Assembly (NCBI GenBank): GCA_016839515.1
Contig: JAEOUE010000163.1
Location: 1-47,684 of the forward strand
From: Candidatus Hodarchaeum mangrovi
Lineage (GTDB): Archaea > Asgardarchaeota > Heimdallarchaeia > Hodarchaeales > Hodarchaeaceae
DNA: 47,684 nucleotides
Reading direction: 5' to 3'
This document shows positions 9,622 to 19,016 of this stretch, one piece after another. The notes beneath the pieces were generated by a model that saw only the letters and a list, made by a program, of their open reading frames with translations, made no database searches and was not told where the DNA came from. Both the position numbers and the translations under genes were made by a program. The first letter of the stretch is position 1, and each line of letters starts with the position of its first letter.

Positions 9622-11145
9622 ATGTATCGCCAAACTACTTGGGAAAAGGAACTTATTTTTGAGAAATCAAAACAAGGACGTATTGGATTCCTTGAAACTG
9701 ATCTTTCGGAGGAAGAAAATGAAATTTTTGACCAAGTCATTCAAACAATCCCTACAGACCTTATTAGAAATAAACCATTAGAACTCCCTGAATTGAGTGA
9801 ACTGGATGTTGTACGACATTATACTAGACTTTCTCAAATGAATTATGGGGTTGATTCTGGATTTTATCCTTTGGGTAGTTGCACAATGAAGTATAATCCT
9901 AAAATTTGTGATTTAGTTACCTCTTATCCGGAGGTTCAAAACATCCATCCTTATCAAGATCAAAATAGCATCCAAGGATGTCTCCAAATTATCTATGAAC
10001 TATCAAAATGGTTAGCAGAGCTTTCTGGGATGAATAAAGTAACTCTACAACCAGCTGCAGGAGCTCATGGAGAATATACTGGAGTTATGATTATTCGTAA
10101 ATATCATGAGATTAAAAAGAATCTATCTAAAAAGCTTGAAATAATAGTTCCTGATAGCGCTCACGGCACAAATCCTGCTACAGCCACCATGTGTGGATTT
10201 AAAACGGTTGTTATCCCTTCAAACGAAAAAGGCTGTGTTGATTTAGAAGCTTTACAATCGGCAGTGTCAGATCAGACAGCTGGTATGATGTTAACCAACC
10301 CAAATACTCTAGGAGTTTTTGAGTCCAACATAAAAGAGATTATTGATATAATACATGAAGTGGATGGATTAGCATATTACGATGGTGCCAATTTCAATGC
10401 GATCATGGGGAAGGTAAGACCAGGAGATATGGGGTTTGATATTGTTCATTTTAACCTTCATAAAACCTTTGCAACACCTCATGGAGGAGGTGGGCCAGGA
10501 GCGGGACCAGTGGGAGTAGTTGAACGTTTAAAACATTATTTACCAGTTCCTACAGTTGATTATAGTCCAGAGAAGGATGAATATTTTTTCCAATATGATC
10601 ATCCTTATTCAATTGGTAAAGTACGTAGCTATTTTGGTAATTTTTCTATCATCCTTAGAGCTTATGCCTACATTTTAAGATTAGGTAAGGAGGGATTACA
10701 ATCTGTTTCAGAAATGGCTGTTCTTAACGCTAATTACCTGAAAAGTATTACTCAAAAGATAAGAGGATTTTCTGTTCCCTATAGAGAAAATTCCTTTTGT
10801 ATGCACGAATTTGTTCTATCAGCCCGAACTTTAGGGAAAGAAACTGATATTTGTGCAAATGATATAGCTAAATTTCTACTCGATCATGGTTATCATCCTC
10901 CCACTATATATTTCCCTTTAATCATTCCTGAGGCTTTAATGATAGAGCCTACTGAAACAGAGCCAAAGGAAATGCTTGATGGTTACAAAGAGATATTAAA
11001 AAAAGTTTCTGATTACGCTTATTCTGGAAAACGGGATATTATCTTAGAATCGCCGAAAAATACTTCAGTTGGACTAATAGATGATGTCAAAGCAGCACGA
11101 AATCCAATACTTAGCTATCGGATGCTAAAAAAAAATAGAAGTTAA
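9622..11145 (+). CDS. gcvPB: Glycine dehydrogenase (decarboxylating) subunit 2
   Basis: YPLGSCTMKYNP, QPAAGAHGE, SAHGTNPA, HFNLHKTFATPHGGGGPG (PLP lysine). Abuts gcvPA. Confidence 0.97.
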   Translation: MYRQTTWEKELIFEKSKQGRIGFLETDLSEEENEIFDQVIQTIPTDLIRNKPLELPELSELDVVRHYTRLSQMNYGVDSGFYPLGSCTMKYNPKICDLVTSYPEVQNIHPYQDQNSIQGCLQIIYELSKWLAELSGMNKVTLQPAAGAHGEYTGVMIIRKYHEIKKNLSKKLEIIVPDSAHGTNPATATMCGFKTVVIPSNEKGCVDLEALQSAVSDQTAGMMLTNPNTLGVFESNIKEIIDIIHEVDGLAYYDGANFNAIMGKVRPGDMGFDIVHFNLHKTFATPHGGGGPGAGPVGVVERLKHYLPVPTVDYSPEKDEYFFQYDHPYSIGKVRSYFGNFSIILRAYAYILRLGKEGLQSVSEMAVLNANYLKSITQKIRGFSVPYRENSFCMHEFVLSARTLGKETDICANDIAKFLLDHGYHPPTIYFPLIIPEALMIEPTETEPKEMLDGYKEILKKVSDYAYSGKRDIILESPKNTSVGLIDDVKAARNPILSYRMLKKNRS

Positions 11146-11154
11146 AAAAATCTT

Positions 11155-11793
11155 TCAATTTTTTTTTCGATAATCTTCAAGTAGTTCATTTATTGTTTCT
11201 ACCAAATTCTCACGATTTAATGCTAATACAACATCTCCACGAGTTTTTTCGGTTAAATTACGCACAAAATCTGTTTTCTTGCGTAAGTTGTAAGTTAGTC
11301 CATCAGGAAAATCAAGTGTAATTAATAAGGAATAGAGGTCATCCATAAAATCTAATGTTTCTAAAGCAAATGCTATGCTTTTTTGCTTTCGGAGAGCGTC
11401 AAGAATTACTCTCCTTAATTCTCCAATATAATCTGTAATTCCATGTAAATAAGCTAAATATGGTATGTTTAAATCTTTATAAGTCAGAAAAGGCTTTTGG
11501 TTAAGAAAAGAGTATAAAAACATCGATTCAGCGTATTCCTGATAAGCACCAAGTAATATACCAAAGGGGGAGGGATCTAATTTCTCAGATAACTCATTAA
11601 GATTGGAAATTAGTTCTTTATTCTCTTGAATCAATAATTCAGCTTTTTCAATCTCTCTCCTGTGGAGATGACGAATAATAACTGAGGAAGTACGTATTGA
11701 TTTTCTAGAAATTTTTAGAATTTCCTCACGAATCTCATTATCCTTCTCTAATTTCTCACGAATTTCAGAAAAAATGTCTTCAATATAATTCAT
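11155..11793 (-). CDS. Translin/Trax family RNase (archaeal C3PO)
   Basis: REEILKISR, QEYAES, YLHGITDYIGELRR and LRKKTD family motifs, with the Trax-type acidic catalytic residues present. Confidence 0.9.
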   Translation of the reverse strand: MNYIEDIFSEIREKLEKDNEIREEILKISRKSIRTSSVIIRHLHRREIEKAELLIQENKELISNLNELSEKLDPSPFGILLGAYQEYAESMFLYSFLNQKPFLTYKDLNIPYLAYLHGITDYIGELRRVILDALRKQKSIAFALETLDFMDDLYSLLITLDFPDGLTYNLRKKTDFVRNLTEKTRGDVVLALNRENLVETINELLEDYRKKN

Positions 11794-11861
11794 TTTAGTT
11801 TTTCCTTTTTAGGATGTATTTAATATAATATTAATCGGAAAATAACGCTCTAAATTAAAAA

Positions 11862-11949
11862 TGGTGCGGGAGGTGAGATTTGAACTCACGAACGCCTATG
11901 CGACTGGATCCTAAGTCCAGCTCCTTTGACCTGGCTGGGAAACCCCCGC
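11862..11949 (-). tRNA. tRNA-Leu(UAG), CCA encoded
   Basis: GCGGGGG/CTCCCGC acceptor stem plus ACCA, anticodon arm CTGGA-CTTAGGA-TCCAG, long variable arm, T-loop TTCAAAT. Confidence 0.96.
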
Positions 11950-12114
11950 AATATTTATGTGTCTTCTTTAACAACAACAACTTGAATAACAATATTTTTC
12001 TCAAGTTTTCTATTTATTATTTTATTATCAGATCTTTTCTAAAGCATTTTGGTTAGATAGTAAATTTTCTCCTATCCTTCTAAAAAACCATTTTTGAGTT
12101 TAATTGTATACTAG

Positions 12115-12189
12115 TGGGCCGGACCAGATTTGAACTGGCGACCCATTGCGTGTAAGGCAATTGTCATAACCGAGCTAGACCACCGGCCC
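12115..12189 (-). tRNA. tRNA-Val(UAC)
   Basis: GGGCCGG/CCGGCCC acceptor stem plus A, anticodon arm ATTGC-CTTACAC-GCAAT, T arm GCCAG-TTCAAAT-CTGGT. Confidence 0.96.
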
Positions 12190-12220
12190 TATTTTTTGGT
12201 AACAATAGATAAGTTATTGG

Positions 12221-12230
12221 TTATATATAA
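12221..12230 (-). promoter_or_regulatory. Putative TATA box for tRNA-Val
   Basis: TTATATATAA lies about 32-41 nt upstream of the mature tRNA 5' end. Confidence 0.5.
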
Positions 12231-12456
12231 TTTAACACTTATATCATTCAAATAATCATAGCAGGATGCTAAATTATACAACGAATCTTCATTTAGAAGA
12301 TATATTTTCTTCTTCCCTGCACTTTTATATATGATTAGCATCTATTCTATTAACGAAAAGCTTTCATTAAATTCCTTAATAGAATTAAAAAACACACACA
12401 GTTCAATAAATGATTTCATAATGATACTGATTTTTTAGATAATAGGAAGTAGCCTA

Positions 12457-13524
12457 ATGGGAACGCAAATTGGAGTCCTTATCTCAAGTTGTCGGGTAGA
12501 AATTTCAAAAGAAGCACTAACTGGTAAAAAGGTTGGATTTGACGCATACAACCTTTTATACGCACTTCTCTCTTCAATTAGACATACTGAATCCTGGGGT
12601 GGTCATTTAACAGACTCAAAAGGTAATGTAACAAGCCATCTTCAAGGACTGTTCTACCGTCTTACAGACCTCTTAACTTATCAAATCTCTCCTGTGTTTG
12701 TATTCGATGGAAAACCTCCAAAATTTAAACAAGAAGAGGTGGCAATTCGAAAAGAAAAGAAAAAACGGGCAGAAATTAAACATTTAGAAGCGATTGAGCT
12801 TGGATTAAAAGAAGAAGCATTAAAATATGCCCCATTGACAACAAAAATTACTCCTCAAATAGTTAAAGACACAATGACTTTATTGGAAGGTTTTGGCATT
12901 CCTTATATTTTAGCAGAAGAAGAAGCTGAAGCACAGGGTGCATATATGGTCAAAAGAGGCATTATTAATGCAATGGCATCCCAAGATTATGACACATTTC
13001 TTTTTGGATGTGAGACCGTTATAAGAAACCTGATCGTTACACGAAGGAGAAGGATCACTGATCAATCCGTTCCTCCTGATTTGCCGATTGAAGAAATTAA
13101 ATTGCCTAATTTGTTAAAAGATCTAAATTTAGAAACACAAGATCAATTAATTTTACTAGCTCTATTAATAGGTACTGATTATAACCCTGGAGTAAAGGGA
13201 ATTGGTCCAAAAACCGCGCTTAAAATACTTCAAAAATATAAAACTGTTGAAAATACTTTAGATCACATAAAATTAAATTATGATATGAAAGAAGCATTCC
13301 CTTATGAACCTGAAATATTAATAGAATATTTTAGAAAGCCTATAATTAATCCTGTTATTGATATTTCTTTTAAAAGTCCAGACTTTTCAAAAATCAGTGA
13401 TTTTCTCATTAAAGAACGAGGATTTGATGCAACTCGTATCAATCGACGACTATCTGCAATGGAAAAACAACAAAAACAGATTTCACGTAAAAGAAATCAA
13501 CGTGCCTTGGATAGTTTTTTTTAA
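12457..13524 (+). CDS. fen: Flap endonuclease 1
   Basis: MG start, GFDAYN, TSHLQGLFYR, VFVFDGKPP, EAEAQ, SQDYD, GTDYNPGVKGIGPKTA, and C-terminal PIP box QRALDSFF. Confidence 0.97.
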   Translation: MGTQIGVLISSCRVEISKEALTGKKVGFDAYNLLYALLSSIRHTESWGGHLTDSKGNVTSHLQGLFYRLTDLLTYQISPVFVFDGKPPKFKQEEVAIRKEKKKRAEIKHLEAIELGLKEEALKYAPLTTKITPQIVKDTMTLLEGFGIPYILAEEEAEAQGAYMVKRGIINAMASQDYDTFLFGCETVIRNLIVTRRRRITDQSVPPDLPIEEIKLPNLLKDLNLETQDQLILLALLIGTDYNPGVKGIGPKTALKILQKYKTVENTLDHIKLNYDMKEAFPYEPEILIEYFRKPIINPVIDISFKSPDFSKISDFLIKERGFDATRINRRLSAMEKQQKQISRKRNQRALDSFF

Positions 13525-13527
13525 TTA

Positions 13528-14199
13528 TTAATATCCATATTTTCCTCGTAGAGGAACAAAAGCTACAGAAGAAAGCAATTCTTCTTTTATTTTGTTCTCA
13601 TCTAATTTTCGAATCCTTGTCATTTGTTGCCATAATCCAGGACGTCCTAGGGGAATGACCAATATTCCTCCAATTTTTAGTTGTTCCATTAGAGGTGGAG
13701 GCACCTGAGGTCCAGCTGCGGTGAGGATTATGCGATCATAAGGAGCTTGTTCAGGATAACCCAAGGTTCCATCCCCACTGATAACTGTAACGTCTTCATT
13801 TAACCCAGATTTCTTCAAATTATTTTGTGCAAATTTTATTAATTCAGGAACAATTTCAACGGTATATACATGCCCCTTATTTAATGGATCAGAGCATATT
13901 GCTGATGCAATTAACGCTGCTTGATATCCTGAACCAGCTCCTACTTCAAGAATTTTCAATCCTGCTTTTAATTCTAAATAATCTAATATCATGACTGTCA
14001 TATGTGGAGCAGAAATTGTCTGACCAGTATTCATTAAACTTAGTGGTCGATCAATGTAAGCTAACGAAATCTGATTAGGTGGAACAAAATTCTCACGAGG
14101 AACACAACGAAAAGCCTCAATTGAACTTTGATCCTTTACATAACCCATTTGACAATAATACTCAATCAACCGTTCTTTCTGTTCAGTAAAGTCAATCAT
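13528..14199 (-). CDS. pcm: Protein-L-isoaspartate O-methyltransferase
   Basis: VPRENFVP, GQTISAPHM, LEVGAGSGYQAA, GDGTLGYPEQAPYDRI, VAFVPL. Confidence 0.96.
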   Translation of the reverse strand: MIDFTEQKERLIEYYCQMGYVKDQSSIEAFRCVPRENFVPPNQISLAYIDRPLSLMNTGQTISAPHMTVMILDYLELKAGLKILEVGAGSGYQAALIASAICSDPLNKGHVYTVEIVPELIKFAQNNLKKSGLNEDVTVISGDGTLGYPEQAPYDRIILTAAGPQVPPPLMEQLKIGGILVIPLGRPGLWQQMTRIRKLDENKIKEELLSSVAFVPLRGKYGY

Positions 14200-14219
14200 C
14201 GTATCTACTCTACTTTTTA

Positions 14220-15272
14220 TTAAAGAATTTGAATATCAAAATTCAATTGAATCTTAGACGGAGAAATTTCTCTTCCTATTTTATGGTATATTACCTTATA
14301 TGATTTAAGACCTTTCAATGTTCTTTCTAATATATATGGGATTCCAGCTTCTGGTAAATCTTTTTTTGACATGAATTGATAAAAAGTGATAATCCCACCC
14401 TTCTTTAAAAATTTACTTGCTAGTAAGACGTATTCCCATGAATTTTGGGGAAAATTAATTATTATTCTATTAAAAGATTGTTTTTTGTTTAAAAAAAGAG
14501 TTGAGTCACTTATAACGGGATTTATTTTTCCTTTTAATTTGTTTTTAGAAATACTTTTTTTAAGTGACTCTATTGCGTGTTTATTTATATCAACCGAGAT
14601 TACGTTACAAAATGAGTTTGCTGCACAATGAAGAGCAAAAGATCCTACTCCAGTAAACATATCAAGAATTAAGTCTCCATCAAATACGGATTTACCTACA
14701 CGATAATGTTCTTCTGCTAATCGAGGGTTGAAATAAGCATTTTCTAAATCACAAAAGATACGCAAGCCATATTCACGATGCCAAGTCGTAGTTTGAGTTT
14801 TACCAGCAAGAATTTCAATAGGATAGAGTCTATTTTGTCCTTCGATGCTATCAATTTTGTTTAGTACAGTCTGAACTGTTGGATAATAACTTAAAATTAA
14901 TTCCCCTATAAATTTTCTTAATTTAATCTCAGTTTTTGTAGGATCCAATTTAAGTACGATTAATTCTCCAATCTGGTCATATTTTAATGATATATCATTG
15001 TTAACTAGATTTGGATGATTAGTTTTTATTAGATCATCTAGAGGTATTTTTCTAGACCGATTTCTAAATTGATAGGTTCCTACAATCACATCTGGGCTTC
15101 GGATTACCTCTTTAATATCCATTGCATCAGTAATCGGAAAAAATACAAGATTATCCTTTCTAAATGGTTTAATTCCTGAAACTAATCTATTGGCCTTTAA
15201 CAATCGAATTCGAGCAGATTCAGCATTTTCTATTGGGACTCCGACGCCAATATTCCATCGATCATTAGTCAC
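14220..15272 (-). CDS. trm5: tRNA (guanine37-N1)-methyltransferase Trm5 family
   Basis: N-terminal D1 domain, YDQIGE, YFNPRLAEEH, DMFTGVGSF SAM motif, IIINFP. Confidence 0.88.
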   Translation of the reverse strand: MTNDRWNIGVGVPIENAESARIRLLKANRLVSGIKPFRKDNLVFFPITDAMDIKEVIRSPDVIVGTYQFRNRSRKIPLDDLIKTNHPNLVNNDISLKYDQIGELIVLKLDPTKTEIKLRKFIGELILSYYPTVQTVLNKIDSIEGQNRLYPIEILAGKTQTTTWHREYGLRIFCDLENAYFNPRLAEEHYRVGKSVFDGDLILDMFTGVGSFALHCAANSFCNVISVDINKHAIESLKKSISKNKLKGKINPVISDSTLFLNKKQSFNRIIINFPQNSWEYVLLASKFLKKGGIITFYQFMSKKDLPEAGIPYILERTLKGLKSYKVIYHKIGREISPSKIQLNFDIQIL

Positions 15273-15313
15273 TGCTTAATGCCTCTTTAAATCACCCCTT
15301 AAGGGAAATTAAA

Positions 15314-15417
15314 CGGGCGTAGAGGGACTTGAACCCCCATTTGGGTGAGTAATGACAAATTACCGACTGACCAACGGGTTAAGAGCCCGTCGCTCTACCT
15401 TGCTGAGCTACACGCCC
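15314..15417 (-). tRNA. tRNA-Lys(CUU) with 30-nt intron (15339-15368) at non-canonical position 48/49
   Basis: GGGCGTG/TACGCCC acceptor stem, GCTC/GAGC D stem, ACGGG-CTCTTAA-CCCGT anticodon arm, V loop TGGTC, a 30-nt insert, then GGGGG-TTCAAGT-CCCTC. The insert boundaries form a bulge-helix-bulge-like motif. Confidence 0.92.
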
Positions 15418-15720
15418 ATCTAATACAATTTAAAATTGTCAAATTTAAGATCTATTATAATGAAAGTGGTAGAAGGAAAATAGATCATATTCTATGTGAG
15501 GCTGAATGTCTTCATAAGCGTTTTCTTCTGACTTTATCCCTCCAATTAAAAATAAAAGGGAAGGCCTCAATACTGAACTAAGAATCAACCACAAACTAAA
15601 TCATGTACTCATGTCCTATTTTATTAATGAAGAATTCTCTATTTAATAATATAAATAAATCCTTAGAAAGGGATTTTTATGCCAAATCTTCAAGAGTTAT
15701 TTGTTTTAAGGTGATCATTC

Positions 15721-16419
15721 TTGAAAGATTATGTTGATAATGCAGATTTGATTGGCTTACTTATTCATATTGGCAAAATGGGAGGGATTAGGCGTCCTAT
15801 CTCTTGTACGACAAGTGAACTTGGAAAAATCATGGGGATATCTCAACAAAGTGCGTCACGTAAACTTAATCGAATGGAAAATGCGAATTTAATTGTTAGA
15901 CAATATTTACAGAGAGGAAATCAAATTAAAATTACCCCAGAGGGAAATGCACTTCTAGAAAGGATATTCAAAGATCTTTGGATGATTTTAAATGTTGAAG
16001 GTCGTGAAGCTGAGGAAAAAATAACTTTAAGAGGAAAAGTGATCAAAGGTATGGGAGAAGGGGCCTACTATATGAGTCAAGAAGGTTACAAACAACAGTT
16101 CGCTGTGATGTTAGGTTATACTCCTTTTCCAGGAACCTTAAATTTGCAACTTCTTGAAGAGAAGAGTATACGTGATTTCGAGCAACTTATTAGAAGTCCA
16201 ACTAAATTTATTCCTGAATTTCAGAAGGAGAATAGAAGATTTGGTAAAGTTTTTGTCTGGCCTACCTATCTTATTATAGGTAATGAAAAAATTGATTCAG
16301 CAATCATCCGACCAGATCGTACACATCATAATAATCAAGTAGAATTAATTGCAGAAGTAAGTATTAAGAAAACTTATCGAATTCAAGACGGTGAGGAATT
16401 AGAAATCATCGTTAAATAA
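15721..16419 (+). CDS. ribK: CTP-dependent riboflavin kinase with N-terminal wHTH (RbkR type)
   Basis: ISQQSASRKL HTH, GMGEGAYYM, GYTPFPGTLN, RPDRTHH, VELIA. Confidence 0.93.
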   Translation: MKDYVDNADLIGLLIHIGKMGGIRRPISCTTSELGKIMGISQQSASRKLNRMENANLIVRQYLQRGNQIKITPEGNALLERIFKDLWMILNVEGREAEEKITLRGKVIKGMGEGAYYMSQEGYKQQFAVMLGYTPFPGTLNLQLLEEKSIRDFEQLIRSPTKFIPEFQKENRRFGKVFVWPTYLIIGNEKIDSAIIRPDRTHHNNQVELIAEVSIKKTYRIQDGEELEIIVK

Positions 16420-16422
16420 TGA

Positions 16423-17094
16423 TTATTCAAATGAATGCTCATCAAGATTTTTTATCTTAATTGAACTCTTTTCATTAGGAATAAATGATCCCAACCGAAT
16501 TATTTCGATCCCTTCGAGGCCTTTATCAGCTAAAAACTCCTGCAATTTATCTTCGGTTAAAGATTGATCATAACCTAAAGCAATCACATCAGGTTTATAT
16601 TTTATAACTATATCCATGAATTTAGTGGGATCAGAGGTCCCCTTTTCAACTAAATCTACAATTTTGAGTTGTTTCAAAAGTTCCATACGATTCTCTTGGT
16701 TATTTAACGGTAACCTACCTTTACTTCTTTCAACAGTTTCATCGGAAGCCACAACTACCAATAAAAGATCTCCTTCTTTTGCTGCTTCTTCTAACGTTTT
16801 AATATGACCTAGGTGCAAAATATCAAACACACCTCCGGTCAATATTAGATTCAAATTTTTCCTTCCTCCTTCAGTGATTAAATAGTGTTGTGGATCATTT
16901 TTGACAGTATTTACCATGTAAATGCTCTTTAAAACTTTTAGAAGACTTATTGACTCTTCATTTGTTCGCATAAGGGCTTTTGAATAATCCTCAACGCTAA
17001 AACCTCCCTTTCCTACAGTCAATAAAAAAGCTATTTTTAAAAATTCTTTTAATAATGCTTGAAAACTATCTGTAGAATTTTCAGTAGATTTCAT
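16423..17094 (-). CDS. ribL: FAD synthetase (RibL-like cytidylyltransferase) with N-terminal wHTH-like extension
   Basis: GGVFDILHLGH (HxGH), VVVASDETV, PDVIALGYDQ, terminal SS motif. An extra ~80 aa N-terminal domain ends in YLITEGGR. Confidence 0.8.
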   Translation of the reverse strand: MKSTENSTDSFQALLKEFLKIAFLLTVGKGGFSVEDYSKALMRTNEESISLLKVLKSIYMVNTVKNDPQHYLITEGGRKNLNLILTGGVFDILHLGHIKTLEEAAKEGDLLLVVVASDETVERSKGRLPLNNQENRMELLKQLKIVDLVEKGTSDPTKFMDIVIKYKPDVIALGYDQSLTEDKLQEFLADKGLEGIEIIRLGSFIPNEKSSIKIKNLDEHSFE

Positions 17095-17165
17095 TGGTTT
17101 TCAGCTCGATAAAAACAATTTATTAATAATTTTGTCAAATATTCATCCCTTTCTTGATTATTACC

Positions 17166-17957
17166 CTAATTTTCTATACCCCATAATTCTTTCAAAGATT
17201 CTTCTTCGGTAAAATGGAGGTTTTCAGCACAAACAATAAGGGCTTGAGGTGGACCAATTTCTCTCCAATGAATCTTTTTTATTTTAAGTACCGTTCCAGC
17301 GTGTATAAATTCATATTTATGACCTAATTGAGCTATTCCAATAACTTTACTCTCATTAATGAAGACATTTTCACTTTTCTTACGTTCAATTTCTAATAAT
17401 TGATCTATTGCTTCATTAATTGCTAAAAAACGATTAGAAAAAGGGTCAATATCTAAAAGAACAAGGGTATGAGCATTTATAAGCTTATTTGCCTTGATAA
17501 TTTCGTAGGGGATGTCACTATAATTTTCAGAAAAAGGAAAGGTTACTGTCTTTCCAAACTTATATCCTGATAACCCAGATGCCGATGCAGCGGCAGATAC
17601 AATTGATGTATTATGTACAACCTGACATTTAAAACCCTTCTTCTTAGCTGTAATTCTTAATGAAATATGGGTAGTAGCAATAAAAGGGTCACCAGGTATC
17701 AATAAAGCAATGGTTTTATTTCTATTTTTTTCTAAAAATATAGAATCTTTTTCTTCAAGTTCTTCTCTAGTGACAAATTTAAATTTAAAACTCATTTTTT
17801 GCATTAAAGGAGGGAGTTCCTCTAAAATAAAGTTGGTATATTTCTCAATGTAGATTATATCGGCTTTTTGGAGGATATCAAGACATTCCAACGAACAGGT
17901 GTAAAATCCTCTTAAACCCATTCCAATAAAATATAGTGTAGATTCTTGTTTTTCCAC
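17166..17957 (-). CDS. dph5: Diphthine synthase
   Basis: LYFIGMGL, IYIEKYT, GDPFIATTH, HNTSIVSA, YKFGKTVT, HTLVLLDI, GPPQALIV. Confidence 0.95.
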   Translation of the reverse strand: MEKQESTLYFIGMGLRGFYTCSLECLDILQKADIIYIEKYTNFILEELPPLMQKMSFKFKFVTREELEEKDSIFLEKNRNKTIALLIPGDPFIATTHISLRITAKKKGFKCQVVHNTSIVSAAASASGLSGYKFGKTVTFPFSENYSDIPYEIIKANKLINAHTLVLLDIDPFSNRFLAINEAIDQLLEIERKKSENVFINESKVIGIAQLGHKYEFIHAGTVLKIKKIHWREIGPPQALIVCAENLHFTEEESLKELWGIEN

Positions 17958-17994
17958 AGTTTTTCATCTATATAAAAATAGAGATTAAAATTGA

Positions 17995-18381
17995 TTAATC
18001 TAATAAGTTAGAATACGCTTCTGGAGTAAGCAATCGATCCCAATCCATTTCAAGATTAGATGGATTTATTTTTATTAACCAAGTTCCATAAGGGTCATTA
18101 TTAACTCTCTCTGGTTCAGATGCTAGAATTTCATTTATAGCAACAACCTCACCAGCTACGGGACAAAAAAGATCGGAAACGGCTTTTACACTCTCAATTG
18201 AACCAAAAATTCCTTTGAAATCAAAATTATCTCCAATATTAGGTAATTCTACATAAACTACATCTTTTAAAGTTTTTTGGGCATAATCTGTGACCCCAAC
18301 CAGAACCAAGTCGCCTTCAACCTTGGCCCAATCATGTTCTGCCAAATACTTCATATTTGGATCAACTTTATATTCTGTCAT
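17995..18381 (-). CDS. gcvH: Glycine cleavage system H protein
   Basis: HDWAK, VGVTDYAQKTLKDVVYVELP, SIESVKAVSDL (canonical lipoyl Lys), VNNDPYGTW. Confidence 0.96.
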   Translation of the reverse strand: MTEYKVDPNMKYLAEHDWAKVEGDLVLVGVTDYAQKTLKDVVYVELPNIGDNFDFKGIFGSIESVKAVSDLFCPVAGEVVAINEILASEPERVNNDPYGTWLIKINPSNLEMDWDRLLTPEAYSNLLD

Positions 18382-18497
18382 ACTAAATCGTCCAATAATC
18401 TATGATAAATTGAAAAATCTACTGAATTATCGATCTAATTTTTTTGATTTATTTTTTTTTCCACTAAGTTTCATACGATGATTACATTTATTTCGTT

Positions 18498-19016
18498 TTA
18501 ACTATCATTTTTCACATTCCAGATACGATCGCCTAAATAGTGGATATTTAAAATCCCCTTAATCCTTGAAGTGAGTAACTCAGTAGAATTCAAAATTGCT
18601 TTTCCCAAAGCGAGTATAGAATCTTGAGGGTTAACAATTATAACGATTTCATTTTCATTAAACTCTTCAAGAATAGAAACAATACCTTGGGTATAAATAT
18701 CTGCACCATTTAAGATATAAGGAACTGCACCTTGATCCACTTTAACTTTAGGAATTTTAATTGACGGATTACTTCTAATAAATTGTATACTGGGAAGGTA
18801 TTTACCTTCATAAAGGAAAAATTGTAAACGTTGTTCAGGATCATAAAGAAAACTATTAATTCCATCTTCAGAATTTGAAATAAATTGAATTTTTTTCTTT
18901 AAAAGATTGTTAGGTATCCCAGGGGCGAAAACTTTAGAAAAAATATTTTTTTTTTCTTTTGAGCGGATTTCTTTTAGTAAAACCAATTGAAAATCTCCAG
19001 AAGAGGGTCTAGGCAA
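18498..19016 (-). CDS. PUA-domain RNA-binding protein (Tma20/MCT-1-like)
   Basis: YLPSI, VKVDQGAVPYILNGADIYTQGI, IHYLGDRIW. Overlaps the aCPSF1 stop by 8 nt. Confidence 0.88.
   Translation of the reverse strand: MPRPSSGDFQLVLLKEIRSKEKKNIFSKVFAPGIPNNLLKKKIQFISNSEDGINSFLYDPEQRLQFFLYEGKYLPSIQFIRSNPSIKIPKVKVDQGAVPYILNGADIYTQGIVSILEEFNENEIVIIVNPQDSILALGKAILNSTELLTSRIKGILNIHYLGDRIWNVKNDS

Noticed and set aside
15339-15368. Alternative readings of the tRNA-Lys insert as a long variable arm or a canonical 37/38 intron
   Set aside because: Lys tRNAs are class I with a short V loop. A 37/38 splice would break the anticodon stem, whereas the 48/49 splice fits BHB geometry and gives a perfect cloverleaf.
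15345-15581. 78-aa plus-strand ORF
   Set aside because: It overlaps the tRNA-Lys gene on the opposite strand and shows no protein features.
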